From Mycobacteriales bacterium (GTDB lineage Bacteria > Actinomycetota > Actinomycetes > JAFAQI01), in contig DATJSI010000085.1 in NCBI GenBank assembly GCA_035504215.1, forward strand, positions 5,984-69,983: a DNA stretch of 64,000 nt, read 5' to 3'. The notes below the pieces were generated by a model. That model was given only the letters and a program-made list of their open reading frames with translations. It was not told the DNA's origin and searched no databases. Both the position numbers and the translations under genes were made by a program. Each line of letters opens with the position of its first letter. The first letter of the stretch is position 1. Of the stretch, positions 1 through 10,097 are shown in pieces.

Positions 1-534
1 GGTCAGCTCGACCCGCACCTTCGGCTGCACGTGCCGGCGCCTCAGCCCGGTTGACGATCCCAGGTACGTCGTCGAGACCGAGTGCTCGGCGTACCCGTAC
101 CGGCCCTGGCCGGCATCGCGGGCAGCGCCGAAGATCTCGCCCAACCACGCCGCCAGCCCGGCCAGCTCGCCGACCGGCGCCTCGATGCCGGGCTGGTCCC
201 AATCGCCGTCCGTGCCACCCGCGACCAGCGGGGCCGCATCGTCGGCGACCGACGACGAGCGGGCCGCGGCCTCGGCCGCCTCGACGAGTTTCGCCGCACC
301 GTCCGCGTCGATGACATTGCGGCTCACGGAGGCCGACTGCGTGCCGTCGGCGGTCTCGACGTTGGCGACCACGGTCAGCCCGACCGTTTGGGTGACGCCG
401 TTGGTCGTCAGCGTGTTGTTGGCCCAGCGCAGGTTCGCCGCGGCGTCGTGCTCCGCGATCACCACACAGCCGTCGGCGGTCGAAGCCGCGAGCGCGCGTT
501 CGACCAGTTCCTGCGGGCTGATGCTCGTGCTCAC
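1..534 (-). CDS. pmbA: PmbA/TldE-like metalloprotease modulator, N-terminal part (gene runs off the window start)
   Basis: My own minus-strand translation from GTG at 534 (GTGA overlap with the tldD stop) stays open to position 1: VSTSISPQELVERALAASTADGCVVIAEHDAAANLRWANNTLTTNG... It is absent from the ORF track because there is no stop in the window. Position directly after tldD is typical. Confidence 0.7.
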   Translation of the reverse strand, partial: MSTSISPQELVERALAASTADGCVVIAEHDAAANLRWANNTLTTNGVTQTVGLTVVANVETADGTQSASVSRNVIDADGAAKLVEAAEAAARSSSVADDAAPLVAGGTDGDWDQPGIEAPVGELAGLAAWLGEIFGAARDAGQGRYGYAEHSVSTTYLGSSTGLRRRHVQPKVRVELT

Positions 535-2036
535 TGTGCGGCCTCCTGGGTCGCGTTGAGGATTCGTACGCCGTCGAACCGCGCGACCGGGCAGCCGTGG
601 CTCACCGCCGCCACCTGTCCCGGCTGGCCCTTGCCGCAGTTGAACGCGCCACCCAGCACGTAGGTCCCTGGGCCGCCGACCGCCGACATCGACCCCCAGA
701 AGTCGGTGGTGGTTGCCTGGTACGCCGCGTCTCGGACCTGGCCGACGATCTCGCCGTTCCTGATCCGGAAGAACCGCTGGCCGGTGAACTGGAAGTTGTA
801 GCGCTGCATGTCGATCGACCATGACTTGTCGCCGACGACGTACAAGCCGTCCTCGACGCCCGCGATCAGCTCCTCGGTCGTCGGCCCGTCGGGTGCTGCC
901 TTCAGGGAGACGTTCGCCATGCGCTGGATCGGCACGTGCAGCGGCGAGTCAGCGAACGCGCAGCCGTTGGATCGCGCGATCCCGCTCAACGCCGCCGTCC
1001 GCCGGTCGAGCTGGTAGCCGACGAGGATGCCGTCGCGGATCAGGTCCCAGGTCTGCCCTTCGACGCCTTCGTCGTCGTACCCGATCGTGGACAGGCCGTG
1101 CTCGACCTGACGGTCGCCGGTGATGTTCATGAGCTCGCTGCCGTAGCGGAGCGTCCCGAGCTTGTCCGGGGTGGCGAACGACGTGCCGGCGTAGTTCGCC
1201 TCGTACCCGAGTGCCCGGTCGAGCTCGGTCGCGTGACCGATCGACTCGTGGATCGTGAGCCAGAGGTTGGACGGGTCGACGACGAGGTCGTAGCGGCCCG
1301 GCTCGACGGTCGGCGACTTCGCCTTCTCGGCGAGGTACTCGGGGAGCGTGGAGAGGTCGTGGCCCCAGTCGTAGGTCTCGGTCAGGAACTCCCAGCCACG
1401 CCCCACGGGCGGCGCGATCGTCCGCATGGTCTCGAACCGGCCGGTGCTCTCGTCGACCCACAACGCGGTCAGCTGGCACTGCAACCGGACCCGCTGCTGG
1501 GTCGTGGTGGTGCCAGCCAGGTCAGCGAAGAACTTGGCCTCGCGCACCTGCTTGATGTGCGCGTCGACGTGCCGGACGATCTCGGCGGACAGCAACCGGT
1601 TGGACCAGTCCGCGAGCAGCTCGATCCGGTCCGCCTCACTGACGGTGAACGGGTCGACGTCGTACGCCGAGACCCAGGTCTGGTCGCCGTGACTCGGCTC
1701 GGCCGCCAGCTCGATCCGCTCCCCGGTCACCGGCTTCGAGACGGTCGCGACCTCGACCGCCTGGTCGACGAGCGCCCGCGCCGTTGCGGCGTCCACGACC
1801 AGCCCGCCGGCGAAGCCCCAGGTGCCCTCGTGTACGACGCGGACCGCGAGCCCTCGCTCGTCGTCGTCGTGGCTGGTCTCGAGCCGCGCGTCGTGCAGCG
1901 CGAGGTTGGCGGTGCGGATGCGCTCGATCCGCACATCGGCGTGTTCGACGCCGAGGTCCTGCGCCCGCTCGAGCGCGGCGGCCGCGATCTCCCGCAGGGG
2001 AAGTGCGGTGAACTCCGGGTCGATCTCGTGGACCAT
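531..2036 (-). CDS. tldD: TldD family metalloprotease
   Basis: Track ORF 531..2138. The conserved sequence starts at the internal ATG at 2036 (MVHEIDPEFTALPLREIAAAALERAQDLGVEHADVRIE...) and contains the HESIGHATELDRA metal motif. The 34 upstream codons are Arg/Pro-rich and overlap the qor 3' end. Confidence 0.9.
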   Translation of the reverse strand: MVHEIDPEFTALPLREIAAAALERAQDLGVEHADVRIERIRTANLALHDARLETSHDDDERGLAVRVVHEGTWGFAGGLVVDAATARALVDQAVEVATVSKPVTGERIELAAEPSHGDQTWVSAYDVDPFTVSEADRIELLADWSNRLLSAEIVRHVDAHIKQVREAKFFADLAGTTTTQQRVRLQCQLTALWVDESTGRFETMRTIAPPVGRGWEFLTETYDWGHDLSTLPEYLAEKAKSPTVEPGRYDLVVDPSNLWLTIHESIGHATELDRALGYEANYAGTSFATPDKLGTLRYGSELMNITGDRQVEHGLSTIGYDDEGVEGQTWDLIRDGILVGYQLDRRTAALSGIARSNGCAFADSPLHVPIQRMANVSLKAAPDGPTTEELIAGVEDGLYVVGDKSWSIDMQRYNFQFTGQRFFRIRNGEIVGQVRDAAYQATTTDFWGSMSAVGGPGTYVLGGAFNCGKGQPGQVAAVSHGCPVARFDGVRILNATQEAAQ

Positions 2037-2043
2037 GCGTCGG

Positions 2044-2997
2044 TCAGCTCCTGGGGTCGAGGACGAGCTTGCCGGTGCTGCGCCGCGACCGAAGGTCCTC
2101 GTGGGCCTTGCGGGCATCGGCGAGCGGGTAGGTCGCACCGACGATCGGGGTGAGGGTGCCGGCGGCGACCATCGAGAGCATCTCGGCCATCGGCTCCTTC
2201 ACCATGGCCGGCTTGCCCAGGCAGTGCACCAGCCAAAAGCCGATCACGCCACGACTGCGCTGGAGCAACGAGCCGGCGTCGATCGGCGACGGCGGTGTTC
2301 GGCCGGCCATGCCGAAGGTGACCAGCCGGCCGAACGGTGCGAGCGCGCCGAGGCTCGCGTCGAACGTCGGGCCGCCCACCATTTCGAGCACGATGTCGAC
2401 CGGCGCACCACCGTTTGCCTCGAGCATTGCCGACTTGAGGTCCTCGGCGCCGGCATCGACGGTCGCGTCGGCGCCGAGCGATGCGGCGAGCTCGCGCTTG
2501 TCCGGTGACGACGCGACGCCGATGATGCGTCCCGCGCCCCACACCTTCGCGAGCTGGATCGCGAGCGTCCCGACGCCGCCGGCGGCGGCGTGGACGACGA
2601 CGGTCTCGCCGGGCGCCAGGTGCGAGGACGTCCGCAGCAGGTGCCACGCGGACAGCCCTTGCACCATGAGGGCCAGCGCCTGCGCGTCGCTCACGCCCTC
2701 GGGCAGGTCGAAGCTCAGATCGGGGAAGGCGAGCGCCTTTTCGGCGTACCCGCCGGTGCCGACCAGGGAGGCGATCCGGCGACCCTCCTGGGTCGTGCCG
2801 ACCACCTCGCTGCCGGGCACCATCGGGAGCTGGGACTCGGACAGGTAGGTGTTCTCGACCTGGTGGGTGTCCGCGTAGTTGACGCCGGCGGCGGTCACGT
2901 CGACGAGATGGAACCCCTCGGCCGGTTCAGGGTCGGGGAGGTCGACCAGCTCAAGGACCTCGGGACCACCGAACTCGGTGATCTGGATGGCGCGCAT
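2044..2997 (-). CDS. NADPH:quinone oxidoreductase / zinc-type alcohol dehydrogenase-like (MDR family)
   Basis: 317 aa: MRAIQITEFGGPEVLELVDLPDP..., with nucleotide-binding stretch VVVHAAAGGVGTLAIQLAKVWGA. ATG confirmed at 2997. Confidence 0.85.
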   Translation of the reverse strand: MRAIQITEFGGPEVLELVDLPDPEPAEGFHLVDVTAAGVNYADTHQVENTYLSESQLPMVPGSEVVGTTQEGRRIASLVGTGGYAEKALAFPDLSFDLPEGVSDAQALALMVQGLSAWHLLRTSSHLAPGETVVVHAAAGGVGTLAIQLAKVWGAGRIIGVASSPDKRELAASLGADATVDAGAEDLKSAMLEANGGAPVDIVLEMVGGPTFDASLGALAPFGRLVTFGMAGRTPPSPIDAGSLLQRSRGVIGFWLVHCLGKPAMVKEPMAEMLSMVAAGTLTPIVGATYPLADARKAHEDLRSRRSTGKLVLDPRS

Positions 2998-3040
2998 CCA
3001 GCGACCCTATCGGCCGCGGACGGTCGGCCGTGCGGGTCGA

Positions 3041-3658
3041 CTACCGCATCCGGAACGGCCGCGGCGGCGGCTTGAGGTCCGCCCGCGGGCAGCTCGCGAG
3101 CGAGAGCCCGCCGAACGTGAGCGCCTCGTCGCAGAGCATCTCGACGGTCAGCCCGTTCTCCTGGCCGACCCTGGTGATGGTCGCGCGGAACAGTGTGATG
3201 TCGAAGCGGGTGGGCACCCCGTAGGCGATCTGCATGGTGCCGAGCAGAACCGCGCTGCCGGGGCCGCCGTCGAAGGAGTCCCACGGCTTGTCGTAGCGGC
3301 GCCACATGGTCGGCTCCGACCACCACAGTCCGCCGGTGCGTACGTCGTGCAGGGCCAGCTCGACGAGGACGTGGCGGGCGCTCTGTTCCGGGATGATCGC
3401 CGCAGGTCGGATCACCTCGGTGACGTCTCCGTCGTCGTACGCCTGGGTGAGCAGGGTCTCGGTCAGGTCCACGAGCAGGTCTCCGATGCCGGTCTTGCGG
3501 GGTACTCCGTCCCCGTCCGAGGTCTGGATCGAACCGGTAGACCCGGATCTGCAGGGGTCCTTGGTCCGGAGGAATAGGGCATTCCGTGCCGAATCCGAGT
3601 CGGCCGATCGGGCGCCTATCCTCGACGCCGTGACGTCGACCGACACCGAGACCGGCAC
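3041..3658 (-). CDS. conserved hypothetical protein (family not recognised); start uncertain
   Basis: Protein-like C-terminal two thirds (…HVLVELALHDVRTGGLWWSEPTMWRRYDKPWDSFDGGPGSAVLLGTMQIAYGVPTRFDITLFRATITRVGQENGL…). Candidate GTG starts at 3658 and 3646 both overlap the DUF3039 start. Confidence 0.5.
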   Translation of the reverse strand: MPVSVSVDVTASRIGARSADSDSARNALFLRTKDPCRSGSTGSIQTSDGDGVPRKTGIGDLLVDLTETLLTQAYDDGDVTEVIRPAAIIPEQSARHVLVELALHDVRTGGLWWSEPTMWRRYDKPWDSFDGGPGSAVLLGTMQIAYGVPTRFDITLFRATITRVGQENGLTVEMLCDEALTFGGLSLASCPRADLKPPPRPFRMR

Positions 3659-3911
3659 GACCGTCGAGGAACGGGTCGACCCGCGGCTGTCCGACGAGGG
3701 TGACCACGACCGGTTCGCGCACTACGCGGACCGGGACAAGATCACCGAGGCGATGGTTACCGGTACGCCGATCGTCGCGCTCTGCGGGAAGGTCTGGGTG
3801 CCGACCCGCGACCCATCCCGCTATCCGGTCTGCCCGGAGTGCAAGCGGTTGTACGAACTCGGCCCCGAAGGTCGTATGAACGAGTGGCAGGAGCGCGCCG
3901 GCCAGAGCTAG
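3630..3911 (+). CDS. DUF3039 domain-containing protein
   Basis: C-terminal part of track ORF 3306..3911: ...DHDRFAHYADRDKITEAMVTGTPIVALCGKVWVPTRDPSRYPVCPECKRLYE, the hallmark DUF3039 sequence. In-frame GTG at 3630 chosen as start; the upstream part is low-complexity. Confidence 0.75.
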   Translation: MTSTDTETGTTVEERVDPRLSDEGDHDRFAHYADRDKITEAMVTGTPIVALCGKVWVPTRDPSRYPVCPECKRLYELGPEGRMNEWQERAGQS

Positions 3912-3965
3912 CGCGGCGCCGGGCGGCGGCTGGCGGCGCTGCAGGGCAGGGCGCATACTCGACCC

Positions 3966-4730
3966 ATGGCCGTTGAGAAGTGGTTCCCTCCGCTCCCGCA
4001 GTTCGACTCGCTCGAGGAGGAGCAGCGCTACCGCAAGGAGCGGCTGGCCGCCGGCTTCCGCTTGTTCGCGAAGTTCGGCTTCGAGGAGGGTGTCGCGGGC
4101 CACATCACCGTGCGTGACCCGATCGAGCCGGACACCTTCTGGGTCAACCCCTTCGGCGTACCGTTCGCGCACGTCTCGGTCAGCTCGCTGATCCGGGTCA
4201 ACCACTCCGGCGAGGTGGTCGAGGGCAACTACCACGTCAACGAGGCCGCGTTCTGCATCCACTCGCAGGTGCATCAGGCTCGCCCGGACGTGATGGCGGC
4301 CGCGCACAGCCACTCCATCCACGGCCGCGCGCTCTCGGCGCTCGGCACGTTGCTCGAACCGATCACCCAGGACGTGTGCGCGTTCTACGACGACCACTCG
4401 CTGTTCGACGACTACACAGGGGTGGTCACCGACATCGAGGAAGGGAAGCGGATCGCCGTCGCGCTGGGGGACAACAAGGCGGTCATCCTCCGTAACCACG
4501 GCCTGCTGACGGTCGGCGAGACCGTTGACTCGGCGGTGTTCTGGTTCGCGTCGATGGAGCGGTGCTGCCAGGCCCAGCTGCTCGCCAAGGCGGCCGGCGA
4601 GGTCGTTCACATCGATCCCGAGCAGGCGAAGCAGACCCACGACTACGTCGGTAGCGAGTTCGCCGGATGGTTCTCCTTCCAGCCGCTGTGGGCGAAGATC
4701 ACCCGCGAGCAGCCCGACCTGTTCGACTGA
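3966..4730 (+). CDS. class II aldolase/adducin family protein
   Basis: 254 aa: ...GVAGHITVRDPIEPDTFWVNPFGVPFAHVSVSSLIRVN...AAHSHSIHGRALSALG...; ATG at 3966. Confidence 0.85.
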   Translation: MAVEKWFPPLPQFDSLEEEQRYRKERLAAGFRLFAKFGFEEGVAGHITVRDPIEPDTFWVNPFGVPFAHVSVSSLIRVNHSGEVVEGNYHVNEAAFCIHSQVHQARPDVMAAAHSHSIHGRALSALGTLLEPITQDVCAFYDDHSLFDDYTGVVTDIEEGKRIAVALGDNKAVILRNHGLLTVGETVDSAVFWFASMERCCQAQLLAKAAGEVVHIDPEQAKQTHDYVGSEFAGWFSFQPLWAKITREQPDLFD

Positions 4731-4750
4731 GCGTCGCCTCCGAGCAGGTC

Positions 4751-5587
4751 GTGGGTCCGGTCGTCGAGGTCGACGACGTCGGGGACCCTCGGCTCGAGGA
4801 CTACCGGTCCTTGACCGATGTGGCGCTGCGCAGGCGCAGCGAGCCGGCCGGTGGGCTGTTCATCGCCGAGGGCGCGCTCGTGATCGAACGCGCCCTCGCC
4901 GCCGGCTACCGGCTGCGCTCGGCGCTCATGACCCCGCAATGGCTGGACCGCACCGCTGCGGTGCTCGCGGGCTCGGACGCACCGGTCTATCTGGGATCCG
5001 ACGATCTGCTGTACTCGGTGACCGGCTTCCACGTCCACCGTGGCGCGCTGGCCTCGGTGCATCGGCGGCCGGTGCTCGACTTCGACCGGGTCGCCGACCG
5101 GGTACGGCGGCTCGTGGTGGTCGAGGACATCGTCAGCCACACCAACCTCGGCGCGATCTTCCGCGCCGCGGCCGCGCTCGGCATGGACGGCGTCGTCCTG
5201 TCGCCGCGATCCGCCGACCCGTTGTACCGGCGTTCGGTTCGCGTGTCCATGGGGGCGGTCTTCGCGGTCCCGTATGCCCGGGCGCCCGAGTGGCCCGGCG
5301 CGATCGAGCGGCTGCGCGGGCGTGGCTTTCGCGTGCTTGCGCTGACTCCTGCGGCCGATGCGGTCGGACTCGACCGGCTGGCCGTCCACCGCGACGAGCG
5401 GATCGCGGTCCTGCTCGGCACGGAGGGCGAAGGGTTGTCGGCACCGGCGACCGCGCTCGCGGACGAACGCGTCCGGATCCCGATGGCGGCCGGGATCGAC
5501 TCGCTGAACGTCGCCGCGGCCGCCGCGGTCGCGTTCTGGTCGTTCGGCGACCGAAGCGGGGTAGAACGAGGACATGACCAGGCCTGA
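4751..5587 (+). CDS. TrmH/SpoU family RNA 2'-O-methyltransferase
   Basis: Track ORF 4667..5587. I chose GTG at 4751 ([21 protein letters not shown]...) because it lies after the upstream stop. SpoU motifs: [51 protein letters not shown]. Confidence 0.8.
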   Translation: MGPVVEVDDVGDPRLEDYRSLTDVALRRRSEPAGGLFIAEGALVIERALAAGYRLRSALMTPQWLDRTAAVLAGSDAPVYLGSDDLLYSVTGFHVHRGALASVHRRPVLDFDRVADRVRRLVVVEDIVSHTNLGAIFRAAAALGMDGVVLSPRSADPLYRRSVRVSMGAVFAVPYARAPEWPGAIERLRGRGFRVLALTPAADAVGLDRLAVHRDERIAVLLGTEGEGLSAPATALADERVRIPMAAGIDSLNVAAAAAVAFWSFGDRSGVERGHDQA

Positions 5588-6446
5588 TCTCCAACGCCCG
5601 ATCGAGTCCGCCGGAACGTTCACACTCGGCGGCGACCTCACGGTGCACCGGCTCGGTTTCGGCGCGATGCAGCTGACCGGGCCGGGTGTGTGGGGCGACC
5701 CGGCCGACCCCGAGGAGTGCGTGCACGTGCTCCGCCGTGCGGTCGAGCTCGGGGTCGACCTGATCGACACGGCGGACGCCTACGGCCCGTATGTGTCCGA
5801 GGACCTGATCCGTACGGCGCTGCACCCTTATCCGGATGGCCTGGTGATAGCGACCAAGGGCGGGTTCGTGCGGACCGGCCCGGGGGACTGGCACGCGGTC
5901 GGCCGCCCGGCGTACCTGCGGCAGTGCGTGGAGATGTCCCTGCGCCGGCTCCGGCTCGAACGCATCGACCTCTACCAGCTACATCGGGTCGATCCGGAGA
6001 CGCCGCTCGAGGACTCCCTCGGCGAGCTGGTCGCGATGCAGGACGAGGGCAAGATCCGCCATATCGGTCTCTCTCAGGTGGACGTCCCGACGATCGAGGC
6101 TGTCCGCAAGGTGGCCGGCGTCGTGAGCGTGCAGAACCTGTTCAACCTGGCCAACCGGTCCGATGAGACGGTCCTGGACTACTGCGAGCGGGAGAACCTG
6201 GGCTTCATCCCGTGGTTCCCGCTCGCGACCGGGCGGCTGGCGGAGCAGGGCGGCCCGTTGGCCGCTGCGGCCGGCCGGCACGACGCGACGCCGTCGCAGC
6301 TCGCGCTCGCGTGGCTGCTCCACCGCTCGCCGGCGATGCTCCCGATTCCGGGTACGTCGTCGGTCGCGCACCTCGAGGAGAACTGCGCGGCCGCTCGGAT
6401 CGAGCTCACCGACGAGGAGGGCACCGAGCTCACCGCCGCAATGTGA
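5574..6446 (+). CDS. aldo/keto reductase
   Basis: 290 aa: ...[55 protein letters not shown]... Confidence 0.85.
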   Translation: MTRPDLQRPIESAGTFTLGGDLTVHRLGFGAMQLTGPGVWGDPADPEECVHVLRRAVELGVDLIDTADAYGPYVSEDLIRTALHPYPDGLVIATKGGFVRTGPGDWHAVGRPAYLRQCVEMSLRRLRLERIDLYQLHRVDPETPLEDSLGELVAMQDEGKIRHIGLSQVDVPTIEAVRKVAGVVSVQNLFNLANRSDETVLDYCERENLGFIPWFPLATGRLAEQGGPLAAAAGRHDATPSQLALAWLLHRSPAMLPIPGTSSVAHLEENCAAARIELTDEEGTELTAAM

Positions 6447-6473
6447 GCCGCTCCGGCCGTTACGCTCCGAGGC

Positions 6474-8072
6474 GTGCCGGTGCTGCCCGATCGTGTGGAC
6501 CGCGAAGCGCCAGACTTCGCGGCTCGCCGCCACTCGCTGCTCGAGCTGCTCGCGGAGCACGACCAGCAGCTCGCGATCGCGAACCTCGGCGGCGGCGAGA
6601 AGTACGTCGAGCGGCACCGGGCCCGCGGCAAGCTGCTCGCCCGGGAGCGGATCGAGCTCCTCGTCGATCCCGACTCGCCGTTCCTGGAGCTCTCGCCGCT
6701 CGCGGGATGGGGGACGCCGTACGCCGTCGGGGCCAGCATCGTGACCGGTATCGGCGTCGTCGAAGGCACCGAGGTCATGGTGGTGGCCAACGACCCGACC
6801 GTCCGTGGCGGCGCCGTCAACCCGTTCACCGCTCGCCGCCAGCGCCGGGCGATGCAGATCGCCGATGAGAACCGGCTTCCCCTGATCAACCTGGTCGAGT
6901 CCGGCGGGGCAGATCTCCCCACCCAGAGCGAGATCTTCATCCCCGGCGGTGCCGGCTTCCGTGACCTGACCCGCAAGTCCGCCGCGGCGATCCCGACGGT
7001 CGCCCTGGTGTTCGGCAACTCAACCGCCGGCGGCGCGTACGTCCCCGGGATGAGTGACTACGTCGTCATGGTCGAGGACCGCGCGAAGGTCTTCCTCGGC
7101 GGGCCGCCGTTGGTGAAGATGGCCACCGGCGAGGTGTCCGACGACGAGGAGCTCGGCGGCGCGGCGATGCACGCGAGGATCAGCGGGCTGGCCGACTACC
7201 TCGCCGTCGACGAGCGGGATGCGATCCGGCTCGGCCGCCAGATCGTGCGCCGGCTCAACCGGCGCAAGCTCGGGCCGTCCCCGGCCGCGCTCTACGCCGA
7301 GCCGTTGTACGACGCGGAGGACCTGCTCGGCATGGTGCCGACCGACCTGCGCGAGCCGTTCGACCCGCGAGATGTCCTCGCCCGCGTCCTCGACGGCAGT
7401 GAGTTCGACGAGTTCAAGCCGCTCTACGGCTCGTCGCTCGTGACCGGCTTCGGCCAGCTGCACGGCTATCCGATCGGAGTCCTGGCCAATGCCCGCGGCG
7501 TGCTCTTCGCCGAGGAGAGCGAGAAGGCCGCGCAGTTCATCCAGCTTGCCAACCAGGTCGACACTCCGCTGCTGTTCCTGCAGAACACGACCGGCTACAT
7601 GGTCGGCAAGGACTACGAGCAACGCGGCATCATCAAAGCCGGCGCTCAGATGATCAACGCGGTGTCCAACAGCGACGTGCCTCACCTCACGATCACGATG
7701 GGTGCGTCGTACGGCGCCGGGAACTACGGCATGTGCGGACGGGCCTATGACCCGCGGTTCCTGTTCACCTGGCCCAACGCGAAGTCGGCGGTGATGGGTC
7801 CGGCTCAGCTGGCCGGTGTGCTCTCGATCGTGGCCCGTGCGTCGGCGGACGCGAAAGGCGAGCCGTTCGACGAGGACGCCGATCGTGCGATGCGCGAGCT
7901 GGTCGAAACCCAGATCGAAGCGGAGTCGAAGGCGCTGTTCCTCACCGCCCGGCTCTACGACGACGGGATCATCGACCCGCGTGACACGCGGACCGTTCTC
8001 GGGATCGCGCTGTCCGTGGTGCACAACCAGCCGGTTCAGGGACGCCGCGGCTACGGCGTCTTCAGGATGTAG
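6474..8072 (+). CDS. acyl-CoA carboxylase carboxyltransferase (beta) subunit, methylcrotonyl-CoA carboxylase-like
   Basis: 532 aa carboxyl-transferase domain protein (…VVANDPTVRGGAVNPFTARRQRRAMQIADENRLPLINLVESGGADL…). It sits directly upstream of the biotin carboxylase subunit. Confidence 0.9.
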   Translation: MPVLPDRVDREAPDFAARRHSLLELLAEHDQQLAIANLGGGEKYVERHRARGKLLARERIELLVDPDSPFLELSPLAGWGTPYAVGASIVTGIGVVEGTEVMVVANDPTVRGGAVNPFTARRQRRAMQIADENRLPLINLVESGGADLPTQSEIFIPGGAGFRDLTRKSAAAIPTVALVFGNSTAGGAYVPGMSDYVVMVEDRAKVFLGGPPLVKMATGEVSDDEELGGAAMHARISGLADYLAVDERDAIRLGRQIVRRLNRRKLGPSPAALYAEPLYDAEDLLGMVPTDLREPFDPRDVLARVLDGSEFDEFKPLYGSSLVTGFGQLHGYPIGVLANARGVLFAEESEKAAQFIQLANQVDTPLLFLQNTTGYMVGKDYEQRGIIKAGAQMINAVSNSDVPHLTITMGASYGAGNYGMCGRAYDPRFLFTWPNAKSAVMGPAQLAGVLSIVARASADAKGEPFDEDADRAMRELVETQIEAESKALFLTARLYDDGIIDPRDTRTVLGIALSVVHNQPVQGRRGYGVFRM

Positions 8073-8082
8073 GCGCGCGGCC

Positions 8083-10035
8083 ATGAGACGGCTCTTGGTC
8101 GCCAACCGCGGCGAGATCGCGCGCCGGATCTTCCGGACCGCGCGGTCGATGGGGATCGAGACCGTTGCCGTGTTCAGCGACGGGGACTCGGATGCTCCTT
8201 TCGCTCGCGAGGCGGATGTCGCGCTGCGGCTGCCGGGCGAGCGCGCATCCGACACCTACCTGCGCGGCGATCTCCTGGTCGAAGCGGCTCGCGTCGCGGC
8301 GGCGGATGCCGTCCATCCCGGCTACGGCTTCCTCGCCGAGAACGCAGATTTCGCGACTGCAGTCGTGGCGGCCGGCCTGACGTGGGTCGGGCCGCCGCCC
8401 GAGGCGATCGCGGCGATGGGCGAGAAGACCGAGGCGAAGCGGCTGATGGAGGCGGCCGGCGTGCCGACTCTGCCCTGGACCACGGATCCCGCGGCGGGGG
8501 ATGGCATCGGATTCCCCTTGCTCGTGAAGGCATCCGCCGGCGGCGGCGGGCGCGGCATGAGGGTGGTCCGTTCGTCCGAGTCGCTGGCCGAGGCGATCGA
8601 GTCGGCACGTCGCGAGGCCGAAACCGCGTTCGGCGACGGCACGGTCTTTCTCGAGCGCTATCTGGAGGCCTCGCGCCACATCGAGGTGCAGGTCCTGGCC
8701 GACCGGTCCGGCAATGTCGTGGCGCTGTTCGAACGCGAGTGCTCGATCCAACGGCGGCACCAGAAGATCGTCGAGGAGGCACCGTCCCCGGCCGTCGACG
8801 CCGCGCTGCGGCGCGAGCTCGGTGCCGCCGCGGTCACCGCCGCGAAGGCGGTCGGCTACGTCGGCGCCGGCACTGTTGAGTTCGTCCTTGCACCCGATGG
8901 CTCGTACTTCTTCCTCGAGATGAACACCCGACTGCAGGTCGAGCACCCGGTCACCGAGGCGATCACCGGGCTGGACCTGGTCCGCCTCCAGCTGCTGATC
9001 GCGGACGGCGAGCCGTTGCCGGCGAAGGCACTCGAGCCGACCATCGACGGCCACGCGATCGAGGTCCGGGTGTGCGCCGAGGACCCGAAGAAGGGTTACC
9101 TACCGGTCACCGGCGTGCTTCGGGAGTTCGACTTTCCCGGTGATGTCCGCGTCGACAGCGGGTTCGAGCGGGGCGACGCGGTGTCGCCTCACTACGACTC
9201 CCTGCTTGCGAAGGTCGTCGCGCACGCACCCACCCGCGCGGAAGCGGCGGCAGTCCTCTGCCGCGCGTTGCGGCGGGCCAGGATTCACGGCGTCACGACC
9301 AACCGCGACCTGCTGGCGGGGATCCTGGCCGAGCCGGACTTCCTTGCCGGCGCGGTCGACACCGGATACCTCGACCGCCACGATCCGGCCGACCTGGCAC
9401 CGACGCAAGGACCCTCGCCGGCCAACGCGATCGCGGCGGTCCTCGCGCTGCAGGTGGTGCGCCGGGGCCGAGCCTCGGTGCTTCGCGGGATTCCCAGCGG
9501 GTGGCGCAACAACCCGTCCGGATCCCTACCCGTCGTGTTGACCGAGGCAGGGGCCGAGGTCGCCGTCGACTACCGCTTCGACCGCACCGGCGGGCTGGAG
9601 GTGACCGTCGACGGGCAACCGGTCGACGTCGAGCTGCACTCGGCCGCCTACCACGTGATCGACGCAACGGTCGCGGGCGTCCGTCGCCGCTATCACGTCG
9701 TCGTACCGGCCGATGAGGCAACGATCGACGTCGACTCCGACGTGGGCAGCTCAGAGTTCGCCGTCGTCCCGCGGTTCGGGGCGACCGTTGCCGCACCGAC
9801 TGCGGGTTCGCTGGTCGCGCCCATGCCGGGCACCGTCGTACGAGTGCTCGTCGAGCCCGGCGCGAAGGTGGCTCGCGATCAGCCGCTGGTCGTGCTCGAC
9901 GCCATGAAGATGGAGCACACGGTGGCGAGCCCGGCCGATGGCACCGTCGTGGAGATGCGCGTCACGGCGGGCCACCAGGTCGACGCGGGCGCGATTCTGG
10001 CCGTCGTCGACACCGGCGGCGAACCGGCCGCCTGA
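8083..10035 (+). CDS. acyl-CoA carboxylase biotin carboxylase/BCCP (alpha) subunit
   Basis: In-frame ATG at 8083 inside track ORF 7816..10035: MRRLLVANRGEIARRIFRTARSMGIETVAVFSD... ATP-grasp region present; C-terminal biotinylation motif VVLDAMKMEH. Confidence 0.9.
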   Translation: MRRLLVANRGEIARRIFRTARSMGIETVAVFSDGDSDAPFAREADVALRLPGERASDTYLRGDLLVEAARVAAADAVHPGYGFLAENADFATAVVAAGLTWVGPPPEAIAAMGEKTEAKRLMEAAGVPTLPWTTDPAAGDGIGFPLLVKASAGGGGRGMRVVRSSESLAEAIESARREAETAFGDGTVFLERYLEASRHIEVQVLADRSGNVVALFERECSIQRRHQKIVEEAPSPAVDAALRRELGAAAVTAAKAVGYVGAGTVEFVLAPDGSYFFLEMNTRLQVEHPVTEAITGLDLVRLQLLIADGEPLPAKALEPTIDGHAIEVRVCAEDPKKGYLPVTGVLREFDFPGDVRVDSGFERGDAVSPHYDSLLAKVVAHAPTRAEAAAVLCRALRRARIHGVTTNRDLLAGILAEPDFLAGAVDTGYLDRHDPADLAPTQGPSPANAIAAVLALQVVRRGRASVLRGIPSGWRNNPSGSLPVVLTEAGAEVAVDYRFDRTGGLEVTVDGQPVDVELHSAAYHVIDATVAGVRRRYHVVVPADEATIDVDSDVGSSEFAVVPRFGATVAAPTAGSLVAPMPGTVVRVLVEPGAKVARDQPLVVLDAMKMEHTVASPADGTVVEMRVTAGHQVDAGAILAVVDTGGEPAA

Positions 10036-10097
10036 GGCCGGGAACGCCTCGGTTCCCCGGTGCGTCCAACCCGCGAGATCACTCCGGGAGGCGCGAC

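Noticed and set aside
42-663. Track ORFs 42..317(-), 51..314(+), 82..663(+) and 185..559(+) at the window start.
   Set aside because: All are low-complexity Arg/Pro/Ala-rich translations. The minus-strand frame starting at GTG 534 gives a clean PmbA/TldE-like sequence instead.
936-2153. 405-aa plus-strand ORF antisense to tldD. Similar long antisense or shifted ORFs occur throughout, e.g. 15696..17555(+), 16982..18523(+), 28073..28918(-), 29045..30154(-), 39273..40925(+, 5' part), 43014..43568(-), 45004..46503(-), 59285..61111(+).
   Set aside because: They are Arg/Pro/Gly/Asp-rich low-complexity translations. They lie opposite, or out of frame with, ORFs that carry clear conserved family motifs. 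Such shadow ORFs are typical of very GC-rich DNA with few stop codons.
3630-3658. Divergent 5'-5' overlap between the hypothetical gene (GTG 3658/3646) and DUF3039 (GTG 3630).
   Set aside because: This is probably a start-codon assignment problem. Both N-termini are non-conserved-looking and alternative starts cannot be excluded, so I do not treat it as biology.
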